From Oscillospiraceae bacterium (lineage in GTDB: Bacteria > Bacillota > Clostridia > Oscillospirales > CAG-272): 64,000 nucleotides of DNA. Shown in pieces: positions 29,228 through 39,117 of the stretch. The stretch covers positions 71,347-135,346 of the forward strand of contig SVSS01000004.1 of NCBI GenBank assembly GCA_015064185.1, given 5' to 3'. The position numbers and the translations under genes were made by a program. Numbering within the stretch: the first letter of the stretch is position 1; each line of letters begins with the position of its first letter. The notes under the pieces are model-generated. The model was not told the DNA's origin, did no database searches, and saw only the letters and a program-made list of their open reading frames with translations.

Positions 29228-30661
29228 TTAATTAAAGTTTACGGTGCTATTTTGGGGGATATATTCAATGAGTGTTACCTCTACCGTTTGCTGTTGGTTG
29301 TTGCGATAAATGGTAAGAGTAACGGTATCGCCAACATTTTTTGTGCGGATCAAACGCTTCAAGGCACTAACGGTGGAAACAACAGTACCGTCGACCTGAT
29401 AAATGAAATCGCCTACCTCCAAGGGTGAACCGTTATCCACGGCATATACATAAGGCATGTTCACAAATTGCCAATAGCCCACCTGCATCGAATTATCCAC
29501 AATCGTAGCGCCAATGGCAGGTACGCCGGGGATATAGCCGTGATCAAGCAAATCATTGATGGAAAGAATGGCTGTATCCACGGGAATGGCAAAGCCAAGC
29601 CCCTCAACACCCGATGCCGAATACTTGGCATTAACCACGCCGATCAACTCGCCCGCCATGTTAAAAAGTCCGCCGCCAGAGTTACCCGAATTGATCGCCG
29701 CACTCGTTTGGAGCAGCGTCATCACCGTACCGTCGCTCATTTCCACCTCGCGCTCAAGCGCACTGATGATGCCCTCAGTCACGGTTCCGCCAAGCTCTCC
29801 CAAGGGATTGCCGATGGCAAACACATCCTCGCCCCACGCAAGTGCCGCACTGCAGCCAAGCTTAGCAACAGTCAAGGTTTCTCTTGGCGTGATCTTCAGA
29901 ATTGCAATATCGTTTTCCTCATCGGTTCCGCGCAGATAAGCCTCGTAGGTGTTGCCGTTGGTCAGGCGCACATAGATGTTATTCACACCGTCGATCACGT
30001 GATTGTTCGTCACGATAATACCGTCGGCATGTATGATCACACCGCTACCCGCACCCGCGCTCAGCTGTCCGCGGTTTGATATGGTCGTGGTAGAGATCTC
30101 CACAACGGAATTACGCACCGCAGCAACTGCGGCAATGCGCGTGGTGGCGTTATCACCTGCAGAACCGTTAGGAGAACCGGCAAGCCCCGTGCCATCGTTT
30201 TTGTTGATGACCACGCTTGCATAATCGTAATTCTCCGCATCGCCCACCTCAAATACCGTATCAGAGGTACCGCCGCCGGAAGAGCCGCTTGGCGTTACCG
30301 GTGCGTTGCCATTTAAATCGTCCACATCAAGGCGGTCGTTTACAAGATCTGCAATAAGATAGCCACCAAGACCCGCAACCGCGCAAAACAGCACGCAAAC
30401 AGCCACGATCAGTGAAACAAGCGCAAGCTTGCTGCCGCGCTTTTTGCGCAATTGGGCATGCCCCGCACCAACCATTGGCACGACCACAGGGGGCTGATTG
30501 TTATTTTGATAGGAAATGCTATACCACTGTGTTTGGGGAGTGCTTTGCTCCTCGGTGCGATCGGCAGCCCCTTCGGTTACCGCATTGCCGTCTGCATGCA
30601 CGCTTGCATCATGCTCACGGTCCTGATCGCTCTCAAGATCAAAACGGTCAAACTCACTCAT
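29228..30661 (-). CDS. htrA: membrane-anchored HtrA/DegP-family serine protease with PDZ domain
   Basis: Catalytic His (IVTNNHV), Asp (DIAILK), and Ser (GNSGGGLF), plus a C-terminal PDZ. ATG 30661 with AAAAGGAG RBS is preferred over the track start 30685. Confidence 0.88.
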   Translation of the reverse strand: MSEFDRFDLESDQDREHDASVHADGNAVTEGAADRTEEQSTPQTQWYSISYQNNNQPPVVVPMVGAGHAQLRKKRGSKLALVSLIVAVCVLFCAVAGLGGYLIADLVNDRLDVDDLNGNAPVTPSGSSGGGTSDTVFEVGDAENYDYASVVINKNDGTGLAGSPNGSAGDNATTRIAAVAAVRNSVVEISTTTISNRGQLSAGAGSGVIIHADGIIVTNNHVIDGVNNIYVRLTNGNTYEAYLRGTDEENDIAILKITPRETLTVAKLGCSAALAWGEDVFAIGNPLGELGGTVTEGIISALEREVEMSDGTVMTLLQTSAAINSGNSGGGLFNMAGELIGVVNAKYSASGVEGLGFAIPVDTAILSINDLLDHGYIPGVPAIGATIVDNSMQVGYWQFVNMPYVYAVDNGSPLEVGDFIYQVDGTVVSTVSALKRLIRTKNVGDTVTLTIYRNNQQQTVEVTLIEYIPQNSTVNFN

Positions 30662-30837
30662 ATATTGCTCCTTTTCATTTTCCACATTTATGGTTACAGT
30701 ATAGCTCTTTTATGTGATGATTTGATGATATCGAGGCAAAAATGTGCTGAAAAGCACACGACGTGTATTTTATCCATTGCAATTTTAATTATGTTTTGAT
30801 ATAATTATAACATAACTCACGAAAGGTGGCAACCCCC

Positions 30838-31662
30838 ATGAAAGGCACAGTAAAAAATCTGCTTAGCGCACGTGGCATCACACTCGTTTCACCCGTGCCG
30901 CTTTCTGCGCTCACGCTCACGCGCCCCTATCTCTTGGCGCGGCACGGCATTGAGGGCGGAACAGCTTTTATGTTTGCCGTACCTTATTATACCACAGCTT
31001 GTGATGATCCTGCAAGAAATATTTCAATTTATGCGGTTTCCCGTGATTATCATCGCTTTTTTTCGATGCTTTTTGATGAAATTTTGCCAATTTTAAGAGA
31101 TAAATTTCCCCAAAACCGCTTTGCGGGCTTTACCGACCATTCCCCCATTGCCGAGGGCGAGGCTGCTGTAAAGGCAGGACTTGGTATGTTTGGATGCAAC
31201 CATTTATTTTTGACAAAGGAACACAGCTCCTTTGTTTTTCTCGGTGAGATCATCACCGATGCCGTGCTTGACTGCGATGTGAAGGAGATCTCGGTTTGCA
31301 CCGCCTGCGGCGCGTGCAAGCGTGCCTGCCCCGTAGGGCTTGATGTGACGCGCTGCCTTTCTGCATTGACACAACAAAAGGGCACGCTTGACAGTGATGC
31401 GCAAAAGGCGCTTCTTGCGCACGGTATTGCCTGGGGGTGTGACATCTGCCAGGAGCACTGCCCCGTAACCAAGGCAGCAAAGAAAGCAGGAACACTTTAT
31501 TCCACAATTCCCTTTTTTGCAGAGAACGCCATACCACAGCTTACAACCGAAATGATAAAGGCAATGAGCGATGAGGAATTTGCCGCGCGCGCCTACAGCT
31601 GGCGCGGGCGCGAGGTCATTTTGCGCAACCTCGCCTTGCTGGAAGGGGGCGAGATGCTATGA
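30838..31662 (+). CDS. QueG-like epoxyqueuosine reductase family Fe-S protein (short form)
   Basis: DUF1730-like SRDYHRFF, FVFLGEIITD, and two ferredoxin motifs (CTACGACKRACP and CDICQEHCP). ATG 30838 after GAAAGGTGG. The stop overlaps the addB start by 4 nt. Confidence 0.7.
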   Translation: MKGTVKNLLSARGITLVSPVPLSALTLTRPYLLARHGIEGGTAFMFAVPYYTTACDDPARNISIYAVSRDYHRFFSMLFDEILPILRDKFPQNRFAGFTDHSPIAEGEAAVKAGLGMFGCNHLFLTKEHSSFVFLGEIITDAVLDCDVKEISVCTACGACKRACPVGLDVTRCLSALTQQKGTLDSDAQKALLAHGIAWGCDICQEHCPVTKAAKKAGTLYSTIPFFAENAIPQLTTEMIKAMSDEEFAARAYSWRGREVILRNLALLEGGEML

Positions 31663-34600
31663 TACGGTTCCTTTATGGCGGCAATACTGCGGGGCGGGAA
31701 GCCGCGCTGCTCCGCCACATAAACGAAAACATAAAAGCAGGAGAAAAGGCGATCCTTCTTGTTCCCGAGCAGGAAACCGTTACCGCCGAGCGACTCATGG
31801 TAGAAGCTCTGCCCCCTGCCGCACAGCTCACCTTTGAGGTATCCAATTTTACCCGTCTTGCAAACCGCACCTTCCGCGCGGTAGGCGGTCTTTCCTATCG
31901 CTATGCCACACCTGCGGCTTCTGCGCTTATCATGTGGAAAACACTGCGTGCCATTGCACCGCAGTTAACGCAATATGCGGCTCATGCCGCAAGCGATCTG
32001 CGCTTAACGGATCGCATGCTCTCTGCCATTGCGCAGTTTAAGGCATATTGCATCACCCCCGAGGTGCTGACCGAAACGGCAGAAGCGCTGCCAGAGGGCG
32101 ACCCTCTAAAGGCGAAGCTTCAAGATCTTGCATTGGTGCTTGCCACCTATGAGGCAGAGCTGCACACCAGCTTTGCTGATGCGGCTGACGACATTTCGCG
32201 CGCAACGGCATTGATCGCCGCAAACAAGCACCTCTTTTCCGACACGCACATCTACATCTCCTCCTTTACCGATTTTACCGCGCAGGAGTTGGCTCTTATC
32301 AAGGTGCTCATGGAGATCTCCCCCAGCCTCACTGTTGCGCTTCCTCTTGCCTCAAGAGCGCACGAGGGCATCCATCTTGCCTCAGCGACCGCCACGGCAA
32401 AGCGCTTGATCCGCATTGCCAAAGCTCTTGACAAGCGCATTTTTGAAGAGGTTTTGCCTGCCGAAAAGCCCAAAACCGCACTTGACTATATCCACCGTGA
32501 CTTATTTGACATGAATGCGGAGCCTGCCCCCGTGGGGCTTGCTGAGGGCGACGAGATCACGCTCACGGTTGCGGCCAACCCCTACGAGGAGGCGGAGCAT
32601 GCCGCCACCGTGATCGCCAAGGCCGTGCGCGAGGGCGCGCGATACCGCGATTTTGTTGTAGTGGTACGTGATGCCTCAAACTACATTGGCATTATTGATG
32701 CGGCACTTGAAAAGGAGGGCATTCCCTTTTATCTTGCCGAAAAAACCGATATCACCGTGCGCCCCCTCATCAAATTACTTCTGTTTGCGCTACGTATCGT
32801 ACGCTACAATTGGCAAAAGGAGGATGTGGTCGGCTATCTCAAAACAGGCCTTACGGGCATTGATGCCGATGATATCAACTTTTTTGAGGAATACGCCGAG
32901 GTCTGGCACATCAGCGGCAGGGCAACGCTTGAAAAGCCCTTTACCATGAATCCCGACGGCTACACCGAGCGCACCTCGGCACGCGCAGCGCGTATTCTTG
33001 AGGGTGCAAACCGTGCAAGAGCCGCACTTGTCCCCCCGCTCGCCGCTTATTTTGAGGCGCTTGACAGCGCCACGACCGCCAAGGATCTTGCCGCGGCAAC
33101 CTATCATTTTCTTGCTTCAATTGGAGTGCCCGAAGCCATGAAGGCCCGCGCGGCGGCGCATCTCGTTGCAGGCGAGCGACGGGAGGCGGAGGAGGACACC
33201 CGCCTTTGGGGCGTTGTTATTGATGCGCTGGAGGTGCTTGCCTCCACGCTTGCAGGTGAGCCCCTTGACATCGCTTCGTTTGCGGATGCCCTGATGCTGC
33301 TCTTTAACAGCACCGACATCGGCTCTATTCCCACCTCTGCTGACGAGGTTATGATCGGTTCTGCCGCAACACTGCGTACAGCCCCCCCGCGCTATGCCAT
33401 CGTTATGGGGTTAAATGACGGCATCTTCCCCAAGATCGCATCGGATACGGGGCTACTTTCCGATGCCGAAAAGCGCCGCCTTGCGGCACTTGGCATCGAG
33501 CTTTCTGCCGATCTTGCCACAGTTGCCTCCGATGAGCTCTTTTACGTGCATCGCGCCCTGACCTTACCCCAAGAAAAGCTATATCTTTCTTACTCAAAAG
33601 CGGCCAGCGACGGCAGAGCCGCCGAGCCCTCCATTGCCATTACGCGCATAAAGGCGCTGTTTCCACAGCTTCATGAAACGGATTTTGAGGCAATGCCCGC
33701 GTCGGAAAAGATCTTTACACGCGAGGCGGCGCTCGAGCACCTGCGCGAGCTTTCGCCAACAGAAGCGCAAGCGCTCTTTTCCCTACTAAAAGAGGATGTG
33801 GAGCAAGCAAGCAAAATAGAAAATCTCCTTTTGTCCGTACAGGACACTGCGGCAAGCGTTTCCGCTAAGCGCGCGGCAGGGTTATTTACTCCCAACTCCT
33901 TTAACCCCACAGGTCTTGAGAAATTTGTTTCCTGCAGATTTGCCTATTATTGCAGCAAGATCCTGCGACTGCGTGAAGAGCCCACCGATACACTGGATGC
34001 GGCGGCGGTCGGCACCTTTATTCACTACGTGCTGGAAAACACGCTGGCGGCAATCACAAGGGCACAAAAGCCCTTTGCCGACTATACCGAAGCCGAGATC
34101 GATGCGATCGTAAAGGAAAGCCTTACCGCCTACCGCGCATATTTGGTAGAGGCGGGCGGCGGCATCACACCGCGTGCAGAGGGGCTGATCACACGGCTTT
34201 CCTCGCTTGCACGCATTGTAGTGGGCGCATTGATTGCCGAATTTGCTGACAGTGATTTTGCTCCTGCATTTTTTGAGCTTGACCTTAGCCGCGAGGGCAC
34301 GGGTGCCCCCATTGCTTTGCCTGACGGCACCAAAATTCCGCTTTCCGGTAAGGTTGACCGTGTTGATTGGTACCGCGGCGAAGACAACAAGGTATATTTA
34401 CGCGTTGCCGACTATAAAACAGGGCGCAAGACCTTTAAGCGCGAGGATATAAAAAAGGGCTACTGCCTGCAAATGCCGCTTTATCTTTTGGCGCTGTGCA
34501 ACGGCACGCACCCACAGCTTGCAAAAAAGCTGGGCTTGCCCGAAAACACGCAATTCGAGCCTGCTGGCGTGACCTATCTTTCCACCGCCGTTGGCAACGA

Positions 34601-34940
34601 AAACACGCCCGCGCGCGTGGAAAAATCCGCAGCGCTCGAGAGCGCGGCGGGGCGACTGAAGCGCGAGGGACTTTTACCCGACAGCGCCGAGCTGCTGCAT
34701 GCCATTTCAAGATCGGGCAGCACCGCCATTCTCGGTGCGCCCACAACACGTAAGAGCAAGCTTGTTTCAAGCGAGGGATTTACCGCGCTTTTTGAGGAGC
34801 TTGCCACGACTGTTTCAAGCATTGCAACAGACATGAAGAGCGGCAGTGCAAGCATTGCGCCTACCGAGCACAACGGGCAGACCGCCTGCAAATTCTGCGC
34901 ATACGCCGCCGTTTGCCGCGCAGCCGACAAGAAAAAGTAA
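31659..34940 (+). CDS. addB: helicase-exonuclease AddAB subunit AddB (RexB)
   Basis: 1093 aa with an inactivated-helicase fold and a C-terminal RecB-type nuclease with Fe-S cysteines (CRFAYYC ... CKFCAYAAVC). Located immediately upstream of addA. Confidence 0.9.
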   Translation: MIRFLYGGNTAGREAALLRHINENIKAGEKAILLVPEQETVTAERLMVEALPPAAQLTFEVSNFTRLANRTFRAVGGLSYRYATPAASALIMWKTLRAIAPQLTQYAAHAASDLRLTDRMLSAIAQFKAYCITPEVLTETAEALPEGDPLKAKLQDLALVLATYEAELHTSFADAADDISRATALIAANKHLFSDTHIYISSFTDFTAQELALIKVLMEISPSLTVALPLASRAHEGIHLASATATAKRLIRIAKALDKRIFEEVLPAEKPKTALDYIHRDLFDMNAEPAPVGLAEGDEITLTVAANPYEEAEHAATVIAKAVREGARYRDFVVVVRDASNYIGIIDAALEKEGIPFYLAEKTDITVRPLIKLLLFALRIVRYNWQKEDVVGYLKTGLTGIDADDINFFEEYAEVWHISGRATLEKPFTMNPDGYTERTSARAARILEGANRARAALVPPLAAYFEALDSATTAKDLAAATYHFLASIGVPEAMKARAAAHLVAGERREAEEDTRLWGVVIDALEVLASTLAGEPLDIASFADALMLLFNSTDIGSIPTSADEVMIGSAATLRTAPPRYAIVMGLNDGIFPKIASDTGLLSDAEKRRLAALGIELSADLATVASDELFYVHRALTLPQEKLYLSYSKAASDGRAAEPSIAITRIKALFPQLHETDFEAMPASEKIFTREAALEHLRELSPTEAQALFSLLKEDVEQASKIENLLLSVQDTAASVSAKRAAGLFTPNSFNPTGLEKFVSCRFAYYCSKILRLREEPTDTLDAAAVGTFIHYVLENTLAAITRAQKPFADYTEAEIDAIVKESLTAYRAYLVEAGGGITPRAEGLITRLSSLARIVVGALIAEFADSDFAPAFFELDLSREGTGAPIALPDGTKIPLSGKVDRVDWYRGEDNKVYLRVADYKTGRKTFKREDIKKGYCLQMPLYLLALCNGTHPQLAKKLGLPENTQFEPAGVTYLSTAVGNENTPARVEKSAALESAAGRLKREGLLPDSAELLHAISRSGSTAILGAPTTRKSKLVSSEGFTALFEELATTVSSIATDMKSGSASIAPTEHNGQTACKFCAYAAVCRAADKKK

Positions 34941-34953
34941 AGGAGGATATCAA

Positions 34954-37900
34954 ATGGCACGCAATTGGACCCCCGCGCAAAGATCTGCGATCGATGAAAG
35001 AAGCCGTACCCTTTTGGTATCCGCCGCCGCAGGCTCAGGCAAAACAGCGGTACTGACCGAGCGCATTATCAGCTCACTCACAGACCCCGAAAATCCAACT
35101 GACATCTCACGCCTTTTGGTGGTGACCTTTACCCGCGCCGCCGCCCAAGAAATGCGCGCGCGCATTGCGCGTGCCTTGGGAGATGCCATAGCACTTTACC
35201 CCAATCATACGGGGCTGCGCCGCCAGCTGATGCTGCTGGGCAGCGCAAAAATATGCACCATCGACTCCTTTTATCTCGATCTGGTGCGCGCTAATTTTCA
35301 AGAAGCAGGCTTTTCCCCCTCCTTTCGCTTAGCAGATGAGGGCGAGCTTCTTTCCCTGCGGCAGGACACCATGAATGCCGCCATTGACCGCATGTATGCC
35401 GCACACCCCGAATTTGTTGCGGTTGCCGACCTGTTTTCCGACGTGCGCAACGAGCGATCCTTAACCGACACGCTCTTAAAGCTTGAAGAAAAGCTGCAAA
35501 AGCTGCCCGAGGGCCTTGAGCTTCTCCTTCGCTCTGCCAAAGAAAACGAGGAAGCCTATCAAGCGCCCTTTTCAAGTGATTTCGGAAAGGTACTTTTCGG
35601 TGCGCTTGACAAAACGGTATCAGACGGAATTGAGCTTTACGATACCGCTCTTTCCATGATGACCGCCGAGGAGTATACCGACAAGCTGCAAAGCAAATTC
35701 GGCAAGGCTTACAGTGAAATGCTGGAAAGACTGCAAAGCATAAAGCATGCGCTTGATGCCCAAAGCACCGATGACCTCTCCCACCTTCTCATCGCGCCCT
35801 TGACCGAGCGTGTGTCCTCGGCAAAGCTGCCGCCCTGCAGTGAGGATTTTGCCCTGAGCGCCGAGGCTTGCAAGGCATTTCGCGAGAAATGGCGCGCCAC
35901 CGCCGCAACGCTTGGTGTATTTCACACCGAGGAGATCCGCGCGGGTGGCACCGAGGCGGCAGAGCTTCTGCGCCTGACCTATCTTGTGCTCGCTGATTTT
36001 GACAAAAGCTACCGCGCCGCAAAGCGCGAAAGAGAGGTTGCCGAGTTTGGAGATATTTCCCGTGCTGCCTATCATCTGCTAATAGACAAGGACGGCAAGC
36101 CCACCTCGCTTGCAAGCGCTCTTGCCTCTTCCTTTGATGCCGTTTATATCGATGAATATCAGGACGTGGATGCGATGCAGGATGCCACCTTCCGCGCCAT
36201 TTCAACACCGCGCAATCGCTTTATGGTAGGCGATATCAAGCAAAGCATTTACCGATTTCGCGGCGCTGACCCGGCTGTTTTTGCAGGCTACCGCGGCGCA
36301 TTTCCCGACCTGCAGGAGGCCAAGGCAGAAGACACTGCCGCCACGGTCTTTATGTCAAACTGCTTTCGCTGTGATGAAAACATCATCAAATTTTCAAACA
36401 CCGTTTCGGGATATCTTTTTGCAAGATCGGCACAAAGCATCGGCTACAAAAGTGAGGATGATCTTTGCTTTAGCAAGGCTCTGCCCCGCCCCGATTACAC
36501 CTCTCCCAAATGCCGCGTGCTGATCTATGATGACAAAGCACAGGAAGGCGCCTCTGACGCCAAACAGGATGAGAATGAAACAAGCACCGTGATCGATGAT
36601 GCCGAGGCAAAAATGATCGTAAAGGAGATCAAGCACCTGCTCTTAAGCGAAAGAAAAGCGGACGGCACACGCATCACCCCGGGTGATATCGCCGTGCTTG
36701 CGCGCGGCTCTGCCTTTGCCGCTCCCCTTGCAAAGCTTTTAAGGCAGGCGGGGATCCCCGTAAACGACACCTCTCGTGAAAACTTTTTTGAGAACCCTGA
36801 GGTGCTTTGCATGTATTCACTCCTCGCTGTGATCGACAACCCTTTCCGTGACGTTTACCTCGCGGCTGTGATGCGCTCTCCCTTTTTTGGCTTTACCCTT
36901 GAGGAGCTGGTAAGCATTCGCACCGCCACCGACTCCTCTCTTTCCCTTTGGGAGGCCACAAAGGCTGCCGCCGACATTCTGCCCGAAAAGGCATTGTGCC
37001 GCCGCATTAACACCTTTCTTGCAAAGCTTGCGCAGTACCGTGCCAAGGCAGAGCTTTTACCCGTTGATAAGCTGCTTCGCTTTCTGTACCGTGATACGGC
37101 AGTGCTCTCCTTTGCAGGTAATGGCACGGGCGAGGATCATGCATACAAAAACAAGCGACAAAATCTTTTGCGCCTTTACGAATATGCGCGCTGCTTTGAA
37201 GCAGGCGGCTTTAAGGGGCTTTATCGCTTTGTGCGTTATGTTGAGGATATCATGCAAAACGATACCGAAATGCCAACGCCCGAGGGCCCGCGCGATGCTG
37301 TATCTCTTATTACCATTCATCACTCCAAGGGGCTTGAATATCCCGTTTGTTTTGTAGCAACCACGGGCAAGACCTTTAACGCCGATGACTTCAAGGAGCC
37401 TTTGCTTCTTGACGGTGTGCTTGGATGTGGCACACGCGTGCCGAATGTTGGTGCATTTTCCCGCGCCAACACCTTTGCGCGCGAGGCGATAAAGGAGCGC
37501 TTAAAGCAGCTCTCGCTGGAAGAGGAGATGCGCGTGCTTTACGTTGCCATGACACGCGCAAGAGAGCGCCTTTACATTACGGGAAAGCCACGCTACGGCA
37601 TGAAAAACGTGCAAAAGCACATTGCGCTTGCCACCTGCCCCGCAACCACTCATTTCGAGCTGCTTGGCAACTCCTACCTCGAGTGGATCCTGTTTGCGCT
37701 TGAAAAAGCCGAGCACAGCGCGTTCTGCGAGGTAATTACCGTGCACCCCGAGGACCTGCTGGAGCAGGATGCCCCGTCCTCCCCCGCCACTGATGACGGC
37801 GATAAGGCCGTTGAGGAAGCCGCATATCAAGCAACAAGGGAGCAATTTGCAAAGCGCTTTGATTTCACCTATCCCGCCGCGCATCTCACCCGCCTGCCCG

Positions 37901-38607
37901 CAAAGCTTTCGGTTTCCCGCTTAACACCCGAGATCCTTGATGTTTACGACAAGGAATCGATTGGCGAAGCGGCTTTAAGGGACCCTGACGTTGAAACGCT
38001 GCTGCACACCTTTGAGCGCACGCCGCAATTTGAAAAAGACACGCAAGCTACCCAACTAAGCGCCGCCGAGCGCGGCACGGCAACGCATGAATTTTTGCAG
38101 TTTTGCGATTTTGCGCGCGCGAAAAACGATCTTGATAACGAAATGGAGCGCTTGATCGAGGCACGCTTCCTCCCCCCCGAGGCGCGCGATGCCATTCGCC
38201 ACGAGGAGCTGAAACGCTTTTTTGTAAGTGATTTTTACAAAGCTCTTGAAAACGCGCGTGACATCCGCCGAGAAACACGCTTTAACGTGTTTTTGCCCGC
38301 CGCCGATTTCACCGAGAACGAGGAATTGAAAGCACAGCTTAAGGATGAAAAGCTGCTTGTACAAGGTGTCATTGACCTGTTTTTCACCGATGAAAACGGC
38401 AATTTGGTGCTTTGCGATTACAAAACCGACCGCTTGCCAAAAGAAGCAATGAAAGACCCCGCGCTTGCCGCAAGCTTTCTGTTTGCGCGTCACAAGCAAC
38501 AGCTTTCTTACTATAAGCAGGCTTTAAAAGCAATCTGCGGAAGAACACCCGACAAGACCGTGATCTATTCTCTGCCCCTTGGTGAGGCACTGGAAGAAAC
38601 ACTGTAA
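34954..38607 (+). CDS. addA: helicase-exonuclease AddAB subunit AddA
   Basis: UvrD/Rep motifs (AAAGSGKT, DEYQDV) and a C-terminal RecB nuclease (GVIDLFF...DYKTD). ATG 34954 after AAAGGAGGA. The track's upstream extension overlaps addB. Confidence 0.93.
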   Translation: MARNWTPAQRSAIDERSRTLLVSAAAGSGKTAVLTERIISSLTDPENPTDISRLLVVTFTRAAAQEMRARIARALGDAIALYPNHTGLRRQLMLLGSAKICTIDSFYLDLVRANFQEAGFSPSFRLADEGELLSLRQDTMNAAIDRMYAAHPEFVAVADLFSDVRNERSLTDTLLKLEEKLQKLPEGLELLLRSAKENEEAYQAPFSSDFGKVLFGALDKTVSDGIELYDTALSMMTAEEYTDKLQSKFGKAYSEMLERLQSIKHALDAQSTDDLSHLLIAPLTERVSSAKLPPCSEDFALSAEACKAFREKWRATAATLGVFHTEEIRAGGTEAAELLRLTYLVLADFDKSYRAAKREREVAEFGDISRAAYHLLIDKDGKPTSLASALASSFDAVYIDEYQDVDAMQDATFRAISTPRNRFMVGDIKQSIYRFRGADPAVFAGYRGAFPDLQEAKAEDTAATVFMSNCFRCDENIIKFSNTVSGYLFARSAQSIGYKSEDDLCFSKALPRPDYTSPKCRVLIYDDKAQEGASDAKQDENETSTVIDDAEAKMIVKEIKHLLLSERKADGTRITPGDIAVLARGSAFAAPLAKLLRQAGIPVNDTSRENFFENPEVLCMYSLLAVIDNPFRDVYLAAVMRSPFFGFTLEELVSIRTATDSSLSLWEATKAAADILPEKALCRRINTFLAKLAQYRAKAELLPVDKLLRFLYRDTAVLSFAGNGTGEDHAYKNKRQNLLRLYEYARCFEAGGFKGLYRFVRYVEDIMQNDTEMPTPEGPRDAVSLITIHHSKGLEYPVCFVATTGKTFNADDFKEPLLLDGVLGCGTRVPNVGAFSRANTFAREAIKERLKQLSLEEEMRVLYVAMTRARERLYITGKPRYGMKNVQKHIALATCPATTHFELLGNSYLEWILFALEKAEHSAFCEVITVHPEDLLEQDAPSSPATDDGDKAVEEAAYQATREQFAKRFDFTYPAAHLTRLPAKLSVSRLTPEILDVYDKESIGEAALRDPDVETLLHTFERTPQFEKDTQATQLSAAERGTATHEFLQFCDFARAKNDLDNEMERLIEARFLPPEARDAIRHEELKRFFVSDFYKALENARDIRRETRFNVFLPAADFTENEELKAQLKDEKLLVQGVIDLFFTDENGNLVLCDYKTDRLPKEAMKDPALAASFLFARHKQQLSYYKQALKAICGRTPDKTVIYSLPLGEALEETL

Positions 38608-38624
38608 CAAAAAGGAGTTACATC
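38608..38624. repeat. left half of a 17-bp perfect inverted repeat (CAAAAAGGAGTTACATC)
   Basis: Starts 1 nt after the addA stop. Its exact reverse complement lies at 40144-40160. Confidence 0.9.
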
Positions 38625-38667
38625 ACTTTCTCTGTTGTCCTTAACGGAGAATTTGCGTGCACAAAAT

Positions 38668-38699
38668 ATCGGCAGAGATATTGTTTTCTCTGCCGATTT
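38668..38699 (+). terminator. hairpin downstream of addA (inside the islet); overlaps a possible DUF559 promoter
   Basis: ATCGGCAGAGA / TCTCTGCCGAT forms an 11-bp stem with an 8-nt loop, then TTTG. TATAAT at 38704-38709. Confidence 0.55.
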
Positions 38700-38739
38700 G
38701 TATTATAATGGAAACGATAAAAACTTTGGAGGAGTAAGT

Positions 38740-39117
38740 ATGTCGCTTGATTACAACGAAAAGAATATTACTCTTGCAAAAAATCTTCGTAAAAATGCAA
38801 CACCTCAGGAAAATCATTTGTGGTACGATTTTTTATCAAAACATGAAATCAGATTTCAAAGACAAAAAGCCATAGACAATTTTATTGCGGATTTTTACTG
38901 CCACAAAGCCAAACTGATCATAGAAATTGATGGGTCACAGCATTATACCGAAGAAGGCAGACAAAAGGATGAATTCCGCACGGAAATACTTGAAGGGTAT
39001 GATCTCAAAGTCATAAGGTTTACAAACCGACAAATCAACACAAACTTTCGGGGTGTCTGCGAGTATATCGATGCCACCGTAAAAGTCTCCCTCCGAGAGG
39101 GAGGGGGACCGCGTTAG
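38740..39117 (+). CDS. DUF559 (Vsr-like PD-(D/E)xK) endonuclease-domain protein
   Basis: LRKNATPQENHLWYDFL...RFQRQKAIDNFIADFYC...LIIEIDGSQH...VIRFTN matches the DUF559 pattern. ATG 38740 after GGAGGAG. The last roughly 10 codons and the stop lie in a GC-rich palindrome. Confidence 0.85.
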   Translation: MSLDYNEKNITLAKNLRKNATPQENHLWYDFLSKHEIRFQRQKAIDNFIADFYCHKAKLIIEIDGSQHYTEEGRQKDEFRTEILEGYDLKVIRFTNRQINTNFRGVCEYIDATVKVSLREGGGPR

